DNA of 64,000 nt from positions 1-64,000 of IMG/VR virus record IMGVR_UViG_3300030098_004740. One strand, 5' to 3'. The DNA is from a virus. Shown here in pieces: positions 49,793 to 59,029 of this stretch (position 1 is the first letter of the stretch; every line of letters begins with the position of its first letter). A program made the translations under genes and the position numbers. Below the pieces are notes generated by a model. That model was given only the letters and a program-made list of their open reading frames with translations, did no database searches and was not told the origin of the DNA.

Positions 49793-50580
49793 TATGTCTC
49801 TACTTCAATAAGCCTCTTTGTTGCTGGAGGAAATTTGGCTTCAATCTTTCCAACTTCTTCTAGTACAAGAGCTAAGGCTTCTCTCATATTTTTATTTGAG
49901 AGGTTGCGAATAATGTTCTTCACACGAAGAACTACAAATCCCCTATTAATTAATAAACCAGCTTTTTGAGCATCTGCTCGAATATGACGCTCAAGACTCT
50001 GCTGCCCCCAAATCGGTAAGAAATGAGCAGGGCCATCAATTTCAATGGCTGTTTTTAACGCAGGAATGAAGAGGTCAATTTCAAGATTTTCATTTTCCAC
50101 TAATCCTCGCTTATGAAATATAACATCATATCCAGCATCGGTCAATCCCTCATAGATGAATTTCTCAATTTTTGAGCCTTCTTTTGAAGCTTTTCTTACA
50201 GCTTCAGCAGCTAGCTTTCTCAGGTTAGCTTTGTCTTCGTCAGACATTTCCGCCCATTGTTTTTTGGAAAGTTCTGAACGCCTTTTTCGTTCATCTTCTT
50301 CCATTTCTTCCCAATAACTAGCCATACCATTACTGATTGCAACTTTTTCAGCTTCTGTTCTTTTCTTTCCTCTTGTTGGATGCTCATGCCTGCCATTTTC
50401 TATTGCTACAGTTTGAGCCGAGCTTTTGTCACGAAGATTAATCCCAAGAGTATTCAATGCTCTCCTGATTTTGTTCGGATAAGTTTTAAGCTCTTGAGCT
50501 ATTTCATATGTACTTTTCTTTTCATTGACGTATTGTTCAATGATATATTCCTTGTACTTGTTTATAAACGCACTACTCAT
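49792..50580 (-). CDS. Vsr/DUF559-like endonuclease with HTH and NUMOD3-like motifs (possible homing endonuclease)
   Basis: STYEIAQEL..IRRAL HTH; RGKKRTEAEKVAIS; SKIEK..EIDLFIP..AIEIDGPAH. Confidence 0.75.
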   Translation of the reverse strand: MSSAFINKYKEYIIEQYVNEKKSTYEIAQELKTYPNKIRRALNTLGINLRDKSSAQTVAIENGRHEHPTRGKKRTEAEKVAISNGMASYWEEMEEDERKRRSELSKKQWAEMSDEDKANLRKLAAEAVRKASKEGSKIEKFIYEGLTDAGYDVIFHKRGLVENENLEIDLFIPALKTAIEIDGPAHFLPIWGQQSLERHIRADAQKAGLLINRGFVVLRVKNIIRNLSNKNMREALALVLEEVGKIEAKFPPATKRLIEVET

Positions 50581-51049
50581 TTGTTATCCTCACTATTTCT
50601 TTTATGTTAGTATTTTCTATTATATAGTCAACTTTTCTATTTGAATAGTTTTCTATTGCTTTTGCGTGGTCTTTACTTCTGGCTATAAGCTTCGTTTCTT
50701 TAGGTATAAAAGCTTGTATTGTTTTTTCATATTCTCGTCCATGATTTCTAATCCACTCAAGGTCCCAAATATAAAAATACTTTGATTTTGGTGCAAAGCA
50801 CTTATTCATTGAAAGCGAAGTAGAAACATTTGTTGAGATAAGATTTCCACTAAAGTTCCATATTTCGCTCATAGACATAGTAGCGAAGTTAGGCTCGATA
50901 ATATTTGCTGAAGAATTTTCAAAAAATATTAAAAAGTCTTCTTTTCCTCCATCGTCAATGTAATCATTAATTCCTTTTATTAATGAAAACGATAATTCGC
51001 TAGCTGTAGTATCAGTTACTACAAAACCTATCTGATTATTTTTTTGCAT
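50573..51049 (-). CDS. Hypothetical protein (possible GT-B-like fragment)
   Basis: KYFYIWDLEW..LIARS; end of the glycan cluster. Confidence 0.45.
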   Translation of the reverse strand: MQKNNQIGFVVTDTTASELSFSLIKGINDYIDDGGKEDFLIFFENSSANIIEPNFATMSMSEIWNFSGNLISTNVSTSLSMNKCFAPKSKYFYIWDLEWIRNHGREYEKTIQAFIPKETKLIARSKDHAKAIENYSNRKVDYIIENTNIKEIVRITNE

Positions 51050-51989
51050 TAGCTTCTTCCTTGTTTAAGGAATACCATTCTACAGTTTTTGCAATGCCTT
51101 CTTTTACGTCAGTGGTTTCAATATCTATGTATTTTTTCATTTTTTCTACTGAAAGAAGCTTTTTCATTTGGCCATCAGGTTTTTCAGTATTCCAGAATAT
51201 CTCTCCTTCATAACCTACAGCCTCATTAATATATTCTACTAACTGCTTAATGCTTATGTCGCTTCCTGTTCCTATATTAAGTGGGGTTGTGTTGTCTTCA
51301 TATTTCTGCAAAGCTTGAACTATTGCTTCAGCTGCATCATCTACATACATAAACTCTCTCATGGGAGATCCAGTTCCCCAACACTCAACCTGCTCCTCTT
51401 CTTTATGTTTTGCCTCTACGAACTTTCTAATCAAAGCTCCGACAACCTTTGTTCTGACTAAATTGAAGGTATCATTTGGCCCATAAAGATTTGTTACGCA
51501 AACAGAAACTGAATTGAATTCATACTGCTTGCTATAAGCTTCAGAAGCAGCCTGCAAGACTCTCTTTGCTATCCCATGAGCGCGAATAGTCTCGTTTGGT
51601 AAGCCATTCCAAAACTGATCTTCTTCTAAAATTTCCATTCCCGTGTCTGGGTAAGCACAAGAAGTCATTATTGAAATAAGTTTTTTTACTCCTGCCCATT
51701 CGCAAGCGTGATGCAGGTTTAGTCCCATTACAGCATTTGAAAATAAAATATCTGCTGGATACATCCTATTAAACTCTATCCCTCCATTGTATCCTGCTGC
51801 GTGAATGCAATAGTCTGGTTTCACAGAATTTAAGTAGTGTATGAGTGTTTGCAAGTCATTGAGGTTTACATCCCCATGACGAAGAGCGATAGGTTTGGCT
51901 CCTTTTTCTATAAGGTTATCAACGATAGCCCTTCCAAGAAAACCTTCTCCACCAGTGACTAAAACTATTTTGTCTTTAATATCTATCAT
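51036..51989 (-). CDS. fcl: GDP-L-fucose synthase-like epimerase/reductase (non-canonical active site)
   Basis: TGGEGFLG, GGIEFN..YPAD, TSCAYP, NLYGPND, WGTGSPMREFMYVDD, KPDGQMKK. Confidence 0.8.
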   Translation of the reverse strand: MIDIKDKIVLVTGGEGFLGRAIVDNLIEKGAKPIALRHGDVNLNDLQTLIHYLNSVKPDYCIHAAGYNGGIEFNRMYPADILFSNAVMGLNLHHACEWAGVKKLISIMTSCAYPDTGMEILEEDQFWNGLPNETIRAHGIAKRVLQAASEAYSKQYEFNSVSVCVTNLYGPNDTFNLVRTKVVGALIRKFVEAKHKEEEQVECWGTGSPMREFMYVDDAAEAIVQALQKYEDNTTPLNIGTGSDISIKQLVEYINEAVGYEGEIFWNTEKPDGQMKKLLSVEKMKKYIDIETTDVKEGIAKTVEWYSLNKEEANAKK

Positions 51990-52921
51990 GCGTATTGATG
52001 TCTTATTTGTAATAAAGGTGCTACTTTGATTAGTTCTTGTATGCCAGTTTTCATATCTACTTCACATTGAAAACCTTCATCACTTAATTTATCGTAACTT
52101 ACTTCATAGTCTCTTTGGTCTGCGTCTGTTCCTATTTCTTCATAGTGAACAAAACAACCAGTATTCTCTTTAACATACTCTGCTAGTTCTCTTTTTGTCC
52201 AGTTAAGATGATTAGCTCCACAATTATATACCTTGTGTTTCCAATTACCCATATTCTCTACACCCATAGTAAAAGCTCTAGCCATATCTCTTACATGAAT
52301 AAAGGTTCTACGAAAGTCTGCTTGAAAAATAGTTAGTATTTTGTTTGTAATAGCTTGGTAAACAAAGTCGTTTACAAGCAAATTCACCCGCATACATGGG
52401 CTAACACCAAACCCAGTTGCGAACCTAAATGAGACAGTGTTGTCTTGTGTACCCACCATCTCCTCTGCAACGCGCTTATTTACGCCGTAAAGCGACACGG
52501 CGTTTAATGGTGACTCCTCTACGCATGTGCCTTCTACTTTGCCGTAGACGCTTCCTGTGGACGCATAAACGAAAGGCATTTTTGGGTTATAAGCCTCTCT
52601 TGCGAAGAGCATATTTCTAGTGCCTTCTACGTTGACCGCCGTGGCCAACGCAGGTTGGGATTTGCAAGCCGGAAAGCCAACAATAGCAGCAAGATGAATA
52701 ATAGCGTCACACCCATGAACAGCCTCCTTCATTTGTTCTAAGACAGTAACATCACCATATTCAAACTCAAAGTTTGGATTTGTAGCTAGTGGAATTATTG
52801 CATCACATTGACCTTTGTGAAAGTTGTCAACGCATTTTACCTTGTAGCCCTTACCTAGTAGATGTCGGCATAGGACATTTCCTACATAACCACCACCGCC
52901 AGTAACTAGAATTTTAGTCAT
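51986..52921 (-). CDS. NAD-dependent NDP-sugar epimerase/dehydratase
   Basis: TGGGGYVG, HLAAIVG, ASTGSVYG, YGVNK; start taken at MTKIL behind a GGAG RBS. Confidence 0.9.
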   Translation of the reverse strand: MTKILVTGGGGYVGNVLCRHLLGKGYKVKCVDNFHKGQCDAIIPLATNPNFEFEYGDVTVLEQMKEAVHGCDAIIHLAAIVGFPACKSQPALATAVNVEGTRNMLFAREAYNPKMPFVYASTGSVYGKVEGTCVEESPLNAVSLYGVNKRVAEEMVGTQDNTVSFRFATGFGVSPCMRVNLLVNDFVYQAITNKILTIFQADFRRTFIHVRDMARAFTMGVENMGNWKHKVYNCGANHLNWTKRELAEYVKENTGCFVHYEEIGTDADQRDYEVSYDKLSDEGFQCEVDMKTGIQELIKVAPLLQIRHQYA

Positions 52922-53285
52922 CGTATACTCCACCAGAATCAAATCTGATTATGTCATTTCTTTCTATTGGGTCTATCCAATATATTTCTAAAGCTTTAGT
53001 ATCTTCTATTGCTTCAAATCTATGTTGAACATTAGGAGGAACATCCGAGAACATACCTTCATAAAGAATCGTCTCATCCTCACTATCCTGCTGATATATA
53101 ATAACCTTTAAAGCTCCTTCTAGCACAATAAATCTGTTCCATTTATTTGCGTGCTTATGTTTGGAACAAAAGCCATCCTTATCAGCTTCAATATAATGGA
53201 CTTCGCAAGAAGAGTTTTCAAAGAAGCAACTAGTTTGGCCCCATATTTTGCCCTGAGTTGCTCCGGTTAAAGTTTTATGCGACAT
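52914..53285 (-). CDS. Cupin protein (sugar isomerase-like)
   Basis: KIWG..CSKHKH..F.VLEG..VPPNVQHRFEA..LEIY. Confidence 0.75.
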   Translation of the reverse strand: MSHKTLTGATQGKIWGQTSCFFENSSCEVHYIEADKDGFCSKHKHANKWNRFIVLEGALKVIIYQQDSEDETILYEGMFSDVPPNVQHRFEAIEDTKALEIYWIDPIERNDIIRFDSGGVYDD

Positions 53286-53295
53286 ATTAAAACCT

Positions 53296-54201
53296 TTAAA
53301 TTAAAATTCCCAAATGTTTAAAAGGTAAACCCTCTTCTATTTCTTTCAAATTCCATTGAGTATAAGCTAGGTTATTAAGCCATTGTTCTCTATCAAAAAT
53401 TTTCGGATTGTTTATTTCTGATAAATCATGGCTTGTTACATCCCAAGCTACAGATTTTTTACTAGTGACAAAAGACGGTATTCCTTCTATCACTGACTCT
53501 ACACAAGAATTTGAGCTATGAGTAACGACAGTTGCTGCCAAAGCAAAATCTTGTTCAATAGTTCTTCCAGTAGACAACCTAATTCCTTCTGGCAACGTAG
53601 GTCCTCTCAATTCAAGAGGATGACCTCTATAGATTATTTTTCGATCTGATTTTTCTAATAGAAACTCAAGAGTTTTTGTTAACCATTTTTGGTAGTCATC
53701 AAGGTCATTTACATTTGCATCATTATAGGTTTGACCACAAAACAAAACGTATTTTCTTTTTTTGTCTGGTTCCTTCCAAGGCTTAAGTTCTACATTAAGG
53801 TCTTTAGCTCTATCACCGGGCATTTCTTCATTTTTAAAGTCTGCCTCATTGTTAATTTCATGTGCATAGTTTGTAAGACCGATAGAGTAATAGTTATCTC
53901 TTTTTATATAGCCACGTTCTCCTAGTATAGTTTTGAAGCCATTTTCTCTTTGTCTATCTGAAAGTTCTCTTCTTGGAAGATAGACGTTTGCAAAAATTTT
54001 CTTTTCTGCCCCCCAAACCATAACATTTTTAGAAGGTTTGTAATCTTCTATGTTCAACATTTTGACGCCATAATTTGCAACAGCTTCCTCAAATCTTCTA
54101 AGCGATTTTTCAGGTCTTTTTAATGCTTTATTATCTTTAGAAGCCCTTACTTCAGGAAGCGTATTCGCAAGATACCTGTAATATAAAATAGGCTCATTCA
54201 T
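53296..54201 (-). CDS. Capsule-synthesis (KpsC/S-like) GT-B protein
   Basis: ERGYI..GQTYNDAN..YRGHP..VVTHSSNSCVESVIEGIP..LAYTQW. Confidence 0.65.
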   Translation of the reverse strand: MNEPILYYRYLANTLPEVRASKDNKALKRPEKSLRRFEEAVANYGVKMLNIEDYKPSKNVMVWGAEKKIFANVYLPRRELSDRQRENGFKTILGERGYIKRDNYYSIGLTNYAHEINNEADFKNEEMPGDRAKDLNVELKPWKEPDKKRKYVLFCGQTYNDANVNDLDDYQKWLTKTLEFLLEKSDRKIIYRGHPLELRGPTLPEGIRLSTGRTIEQDFALAATVVTHSSNSCVESVIEGIPSFVTSKKSVAWDVTSHDLSEINNPKIFDREQWLNNLAYTQWNLKEIEEGLPFKHLGILI

Positions 54202-55135
54202 TTGGGGTATCCTCTATCGCTTTTATTATGGCTTGTTTGGAGGTGTATTTTGGATTCCATCCAATAGACTTCATTTTACTATTTGATACAGAAATTATTC
54301 TATTATCCCCCTTCCAATTAGCAGATTCTCCAAGCCATTCAATTTCTTTGTAAACTTCTAGTCCACTCATAACAGCTTTTGCAACCTCTTCAATATTTAT
54401 TTGGTCGTCTGGGCATATATTATATTCCCCAGAAACACTTTTCATAGCAAGCAAAAGAAGCGCTTCTGTTACGTCGTTTATATGACAATATGGTTTTGTA
54501 GAACCGGGTTTATCGCCAAGAGCTTCTAGGATTGGGTTATTTAAAATTTTATGCATAAAATCATAAACAACTCCGTGGGTAAGACCACGCCCAACAGTCG
54601 CACACATACGAGCCGAAACGCCTCTTATCTGTCCCGTACTGGTATAGTATTTGAGGATACTTTCCGAAGCTCTTTTAGTCATACCATAAATAGAAGTTGG
54701 ATCTGTTTTATCCTCTTCGCCATAAGGTCTAAAAGTTTCTTCTTGAAACATCCAATCGCCATAGTTGATTACAGACGATGCCAGTATCACCCTAGCGCCT
54801 TTCGGCGCCCATTGACAGACTTTTTGAGTGCTTAATATGTTACTGTTTAGTATCTCAAAAGGTTCGTTTCCTTGCATCTTAACAGTAGCTTTTGAAGCCA
54901 GATGAAAAATGTAATCAAAGTCATACTTTCGCATTATTGTTTTAAGCGTATAAAATTCAGGCTCGCTTTGGTCTGGATATCCTAAATCGCATGTATAATG
55001 CCTATCAACAAAAGGCGATGCGAAAGATTGTCTGCCAACAGTGACAATAGGGCCAAATATGTTTTTATAGGAGTGGAGTCTATGTATTAGATGACGGCCT
55101 ATAAACCCACGACCACCAGTTACAAGCACGCTCAT
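54194..55135 (-). CDS. NAD-dependent epimerase (UDP-glucose 4-epimerase-like)
   Basis: TGGRGFIG, HLAS, ASS, YGMTK, HGVVYDF, WKGD. Confidence 0.85.
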   Translation of the reverse strand: MSVLVTGGRGFIGRHLIHRLHSYKNIFGPIVTVGRQSFASPFVDRHYTCDLGYPDQSEPEFYTLKTIMRKYDFDYIFHLASKATVKMQGNEPFEILNSNILSTQKVCQWAPKGARVILASSVINYGDWMFQEETFRPYGEEDKTDPTSIYGMTKRASESILKYYTSTGQIRGVSARMCATVGRGLTHGVVYDFMHKILNNPILEALGDKPGSTKPYCHINDVTEALLLLAMKSVSGEYNICPDDQINIEEVAKAVMSGLEVYKEIEWLGESANWKGDNRIISVSNSKMKSIGWNPKYTSKQAIIKAIEDTPNE

Positions 55136-56184
55136 TCTTCGACTCCAAAAAGGGACATCTTTACATTAATACACTTTGCAGCTTCTTCTGGAAGATTAAG
55201 TTCCGTAAGTATCGAAGCGACTCTATCAAAATAAGTATGGTTTTCTACGACAGATTCATAACCAGCTTTCATATGTTTGATTCGTTCATCTGGATTTTTT
55301 ATATAGAAGTCTATTAGCTTCTTGAATTCTTCTGGAGTCTTTGCAAAAACAATTTCGTTATTTGTGAAAACATCATTTGCCATTGATTCTACATAGTCAG
55401 AAATACAAAAACCTCCACTCATAAGAACCTTAAAAGGTCTTTCGATGATGTCGTATCCAAAATCTTGAGAATGTGGCTCACTAATATTTGGCGAGACAGT
55501 AGCAGAGGCAAATAAAGATCCGACATTTTCAGAAGCTATACTCCCCATATATTGAACTACAGGCCAGTTTCTATTTCCAAATATCTTTATGTTGTAATCA
55601 CCGACAGGGTGACATAGTTTGATCAAATACTTGTCCAAGCATTTTGCTTTGTAAGGCCAATATCCGCCAACAAATCCAATGTCACATTTGAGAACGTCCA
55701 CTGGCGGTCTCAATCCAAACTCAAATACATCAGCGCCATGTATTAAGGAAAAAGGCTTAATGCCAATGTCTTCCCATTTGTTATGCGTGTGCTTAATCCA
55801 GTTTTCGTGATAGTGGTTATGCACGAAGTCTGGTTTTCCCGTTTCTTTCTTTAGTCGTTCTAATAGTTTCTTTTCTTCTTTTGACGCTACTAAGATAGGA
55901 TACTTATCAAGATCTATATCTTTTTGAATATCTCCCCAGTCTGAGCCACGCAGAACAACTTTCATATGAGGTCTGTGTTGGATGCATTTGAAAAGAGCTT
56001 CATCCAAGTGGTAACTTTGACCCATAAAGATGTCTGGCTCAAACTCATCAAAAGCGTCAAATGCCGGAGTTTCATCCTTTTGCCATATACGGACTTCGTA
56101 GCCCATAGACGAAAAAACTTTTGACCAAGATACTCTGATATAGTGATGGGCATTAAGTCCATCGCTACTTATTAGAACTTTCAT
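55132..56184 (-). CDS. CgeB-like glycosyltransferase
   Basis: DIGFVGG..NISEPH..ERPFKV..GGFCISD..HTYFDR. Confidence 0.8.
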   Translation of the reverse strand: MKVLISSDGLNAHHYIRVSWSKVFSSMGYEVRIWQKDETPAFDAFDEFEPDIFMGQSYHLDEALFKCIQHRPHMKVVLRGSDWGDIQKDIDLDKYPILVASKEEKKLLERLKKETGKPDFVHNHYHENWIKHTHNKWEDIGIKPFSLIHGADVFEFGLRPPVDVLKCDIGFVGGYWPYKAKCLDKYLIKLCHPVGDYNIKIFGNRNWPVVQYMGSIASENVGSLFASATVSPNISEPHSQDFGYDIIERPFKVLMSGGFCISDYVESMANDVFTNNEIVFAKTPEEFKKLIDFYIKNPDERIKHMKAGYESVVENHTYFDRVASILTELNLPEEAAKCINVKMSLFGVEE

Positions 56185-56314
56185 ACTTTTCTGCCGCTTC
56201 TTGTGCTTCTTCTATAGTGTGAAAAGGTCCAAGTTTAACCTTAACTTTGTTTTCCACATATTTCCAAGCATACCATTCATAGTTGTTTTTAATCCAACCC
56301 CAGTAGTTTCCCAT
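56165..56314 (-). CDS. 49-aa small protein, AP2-domain-like; absent from the ORF track
   Basis: Hand translation: MGNYWGWIKNNYEWYAWKYVENKVKVKLGPFHTIEEAQEAAEKYESSNK*; fills the operon gap. Confidence 0.6.
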   Translation of the reverse strand: MGNYWGWIKNNYEWYAWKYVENKVKVKLGPFHTIEEAQEAAEKYESSNK

Positions 56315-56316
56315 TA

Positions 56317-57021
56317 TTATAAGTCCTTTAAAGAATCTATTTCTCTTATTGTCATGCCTTTTGGCTCTTTAGCTCTTATTGTAAAACCGTTTTCTATTAT
56401 AATATTAAATAATTCAAAAAGATAAAGTTTGTTTTTTCTCTTATCGGTACAAAGACTTTTTAACATCTTAAATGCTCCATCTTCAATATAGGCTATTTGC
56501 GACCATTTACTTGGCAACCCATAAGCAAATGTAGTTACTTTGTTTTCTACGACAGTTAAGCCTACTTCTTCTTCTTTGAATCTATTTTTTGAATCGAAAA
56601 CAACGCAAGTTCCAGATGAGGTTATTTCTCTTATGGAATAAACATTAAATATTAAGTCTCCATATATAATCAATGCGTTATCGTGAGCAGAGGCATTTAT
56701 TCCTATTCTTAAGCTTTCTACAATATTGGTTTTTTCGTAGTTTTGATTTTCTACTATTCTGACAAAACTAGGAAGGCTCTTTATAACCTTGTCAGCTTCA
56801 AACCCAACTACGACTATTATGTCGGAATATGGATATTCTCTTTTTATATTGGATACTGTTTTTTCTAGAATCGTTTCTTTTTGATTAGCTTTGAGCAAAC
56901 ACTTTGGTCCATACGACTTCATCCTGTGACCCATTCCTGCCACAGGTATGATTACTGTTAAAGGTTGGTCTGCTGATAAGCCGACACCTTTATCTTTTAT
57001 TTTTGTCGTATGTCTGTTCAT
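56317..57021 (-). CDS. Nucleotidyltransferase (LicC/NTP_transferase-like)
   Basis: IIPVAGMGHRMKSYGPKCLL, VVGFEAD, IIYGDLIF, EIDSLKDL. Confidence 0.85.
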   Translation of the reverse strand: MNRHTTKIKDKGVGLSADQPLTVIIPVAGMGHRMKSYGPKCLLKANQKETILEKTVSNIKREYPYSDIIVVVGFEADKVIKSLPSFVRIVENQNYEKTNIVESLRIGINASAHDNALIIYGDLIFNVYSIREITSSGTCVVFDSKNRFKEEEVGLTVVENKVTTFAYGLPSKWSQIAYIEDGAFKMLKSLCTDKRKNKLYLFELFNIIIENGFTIRAKEPKGMTIREIDSLKDL

Positions 57022-57782
57022 TGAGTTCTAGATTGCATTTTTTCCATTACTCTTAGCCAGTTTTTACGCCAAACTTCTTGATTGACAATAAACGAAGAGT
57101 TGTCCCCTGTAACCCTAACTTTGGTTAAAGATTCTGGCACATGAGCAATTATATATTTCTCACTTATTCTCATCCAAAGATCATAATCTTCACAAGTTCT
57201 CATGGTTTTATCGTAATAACCAGTCTCTTCCAAAACAGATTCAAGCGCTTCTTTTAGTATCAAAGATCCGCTATGCACAATGCATTCTTGAACAAGTCTT
57301 TTCCTGCTATAAGGCTCTTTAAATTCTCTAATGGTTCTATTGCTATTAACATGAAACGTATCATAGTCTCCATACACAACACCAACCATTCCTTCTCCAC
57401 GAGCAAACACTGAAACACATTTGCTCACTTTACTTTCATACATTTCATCATCTGAATCAAGTATTGCGTAAATATCTGTATCTTCTAAGGTTTGTTTTAT
57501 TCCTACGTTTCTAGCTTCACTTGGTCCAGAGTTTATATTTTTTATTGCAATAAAATTTGTATGTCCAAATCTTCCAGCACTTTTCTTTGTAAGAATATCT
57601 CCATCTTTGTTATCAAAGTATGAGCTTATAATTTCCCAAGATTCATCTTCTGACCCGTCGTCAACTATACATATAGTTAAAGGGCCGGGATAATCTTGAT
57701 TGACTGCGCTTTCTATAGCGTTGTCAATATACTCTTCATCGTTGTAATTTGCTATTAAGATTGTGACTCTTGGTAAAGACAT
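57018..57782 (-). CDS. GT2 glycosyltransferase
   Basis: ILIANYN, VDDGSED, GPSEARNVG, ILDSDD, EDYDLW. Confidence 0.93.
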   Translation of the reverse strand: MSLPRVTILIANYNDEEYIDNAIESAVNQDYPGPLTICIVDDGSEDESWEIISSYFDNKDGDILTKKSAGRFGHTNFIAIKNINSGPSEARNVGIKQTLEDTDIYAILDSDDEMYESKVSKCVSVFARGEGMVGVVYGDYDTFHVNSNRTIREFKEPYSRKRLVQECIVHSGSLILKEALESVLEETGYYDKTMRTCEDYDLWMRISEKYIIAHVPESLTKVRVTGDNSSFIVNQEVWRKNWLRVMEKMQSRTQ

Positions 57783-58567
57783 CTTAGTTTATCCCAGTCT
57801 GTTATTAAAGAATTAGATTCTAGTGTTTGGTCGAACTCTTCACCTTCTATAAGCTTGGTTTCAAACAGCGCTCCTCTATACCCATAGAGATATTTGTAAA
57901 GAACTGCTTGATGAAGTGTTCCACTCAAATTGTCTCCGTTCTTGACAAGAGCGACACTCTTTAGCTTTTTGTTCAAGGCGTAATGAAGCAAATCAGACGC
58001 ATCTTCTGGAACTTCATCTCCGCACTTTAATCCCATGTAAAAACCATTCGCTGATAATCTAAATGAATCGTCTAGAATGGCTTCAAAAGACATATCTTCA
58101 CCAACACAATGAACTCTAAAGTCTGAGCCATACAAATCTTCTAGCTCTGCTTTTACATGTTGAAGTATTGGCATATAATCTTCAGGAGAAGTGCAAGTTA
58201 CCAAGACTCGTTTTGGTGGATATTTTTGTCTTTTAATTGATTCAAGAGTTTTTTGAAAATTATCCTTATCGAGGCTATCCATTACAATGCAGTAATTTAT
58301 TTTAGGATATGTCTCTTGGTTTAGTTGCTCTATGAGGTTTTTGTCTGAATGAGCGGTCTTCCACAACTCTTCTCTATAAGTGGAACACCAAGCCTTGACA
58401 ACAAAAAATTCTTTATCTTCGTCATCAAAAGCTTCGATAATTGGTGTTTTTCGTTCTTTGTATAATTTTATTTTTCCAAGATCGCAACCAATCTGAGTGT
58501 CTTCTTCCCAAGTGGCAAAAATGCAATCTTTGCAAGAGGTGTTTATTTCTTGTAATAATTCTTTCAT
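57755..58567 (-). CDS. Hypothetical protein, degenerate GT2-like with N-terminal Cys motif
   Basis: TSCKDCIFA..QIGC; KTLESIKRQKYPP. Confidence 0.45.
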   Translation of the reverse strand: MKELLQEINTSCKDCIFATWEEDTQIGCDLGKIKLYKERKTPIIEAFDDEDKEFFVVKAWCSTYREELWKTAHSDKNLIEQLNQETYPKINYCIVMDSLDKDNFQKTLESIKRQKYPPKRVLVTCTSPEDYMPILQHVKAELEDLYGSDFRVHCVGEDMSFEAILDDSFRLSANGFYMGLKCGDEVPEDASDLLHYALNKKLKSVALVKNGDNLSGTLHQAVLYKYLYGYRGALFETKLIEGEEFDQTLESNSLITDWDKLRCLYQESQS

Positions 58568-59028
58568 GGTCTAGTTGCCTCTAATATAGCTCTGATTCCT
58601 GAAATTCTCTTTTTAGTAACAACCAATCCTAAAGATGTCAAAAAATCAGCAAGTTCTTCTACACTGCTATGGCTAAGCCTTACATCCCAAGGAGCTTGAA
58701 AAGTTCCATGTATTATTTTATTGAATTGGTCTATGTTTATTTCTTTATCTAAGAAAGATTTGCAAACTTGATGAGTGTCAACAGAAGTTATTACTATTTT
58801 TCCTTTGTGTCTAATCTTTTTTACCCAATGCTTAAGGACTGTAAAAGATTCTTCTCTGTGCAAAAAGTCGATAACATCTTCGCAGATTATTTCAGTGCAT
58901 TCTGCATCAGAGGCTATTGGGTCTATATTTCTGATGTCTACCGCAATGTCATCAAACTTGCTTATAGGATCTATATTTATGTAGCCATTGAGCTTTTCTC
59001 TTTGGCCAACGGATATTCTTATTTTCAT
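58564..59028 (-). CDS. Class I methyltransferase-like protein
   Basis: GYINID..DIRNI..EIICEDVIDF..W.KKIRHKGKIVI..D; SAM-binding motif is degenerate. Confidence 0.6.
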   Translation of the reverse strand: MKIRISVGQREKLNGYINIDPISKFDDIAVDIRNIDPIASDAECTEIICEDVIDFLHREESFTVLKHWVKKIRHKGKIVITSVDTHQVCKSFLDKEINIDQFNKIIHGTFQAPWDVRLSHSSVEELADFLTSLGLVVTKKRISGIRAILEATRP

Positions 59029-59029
59029 C

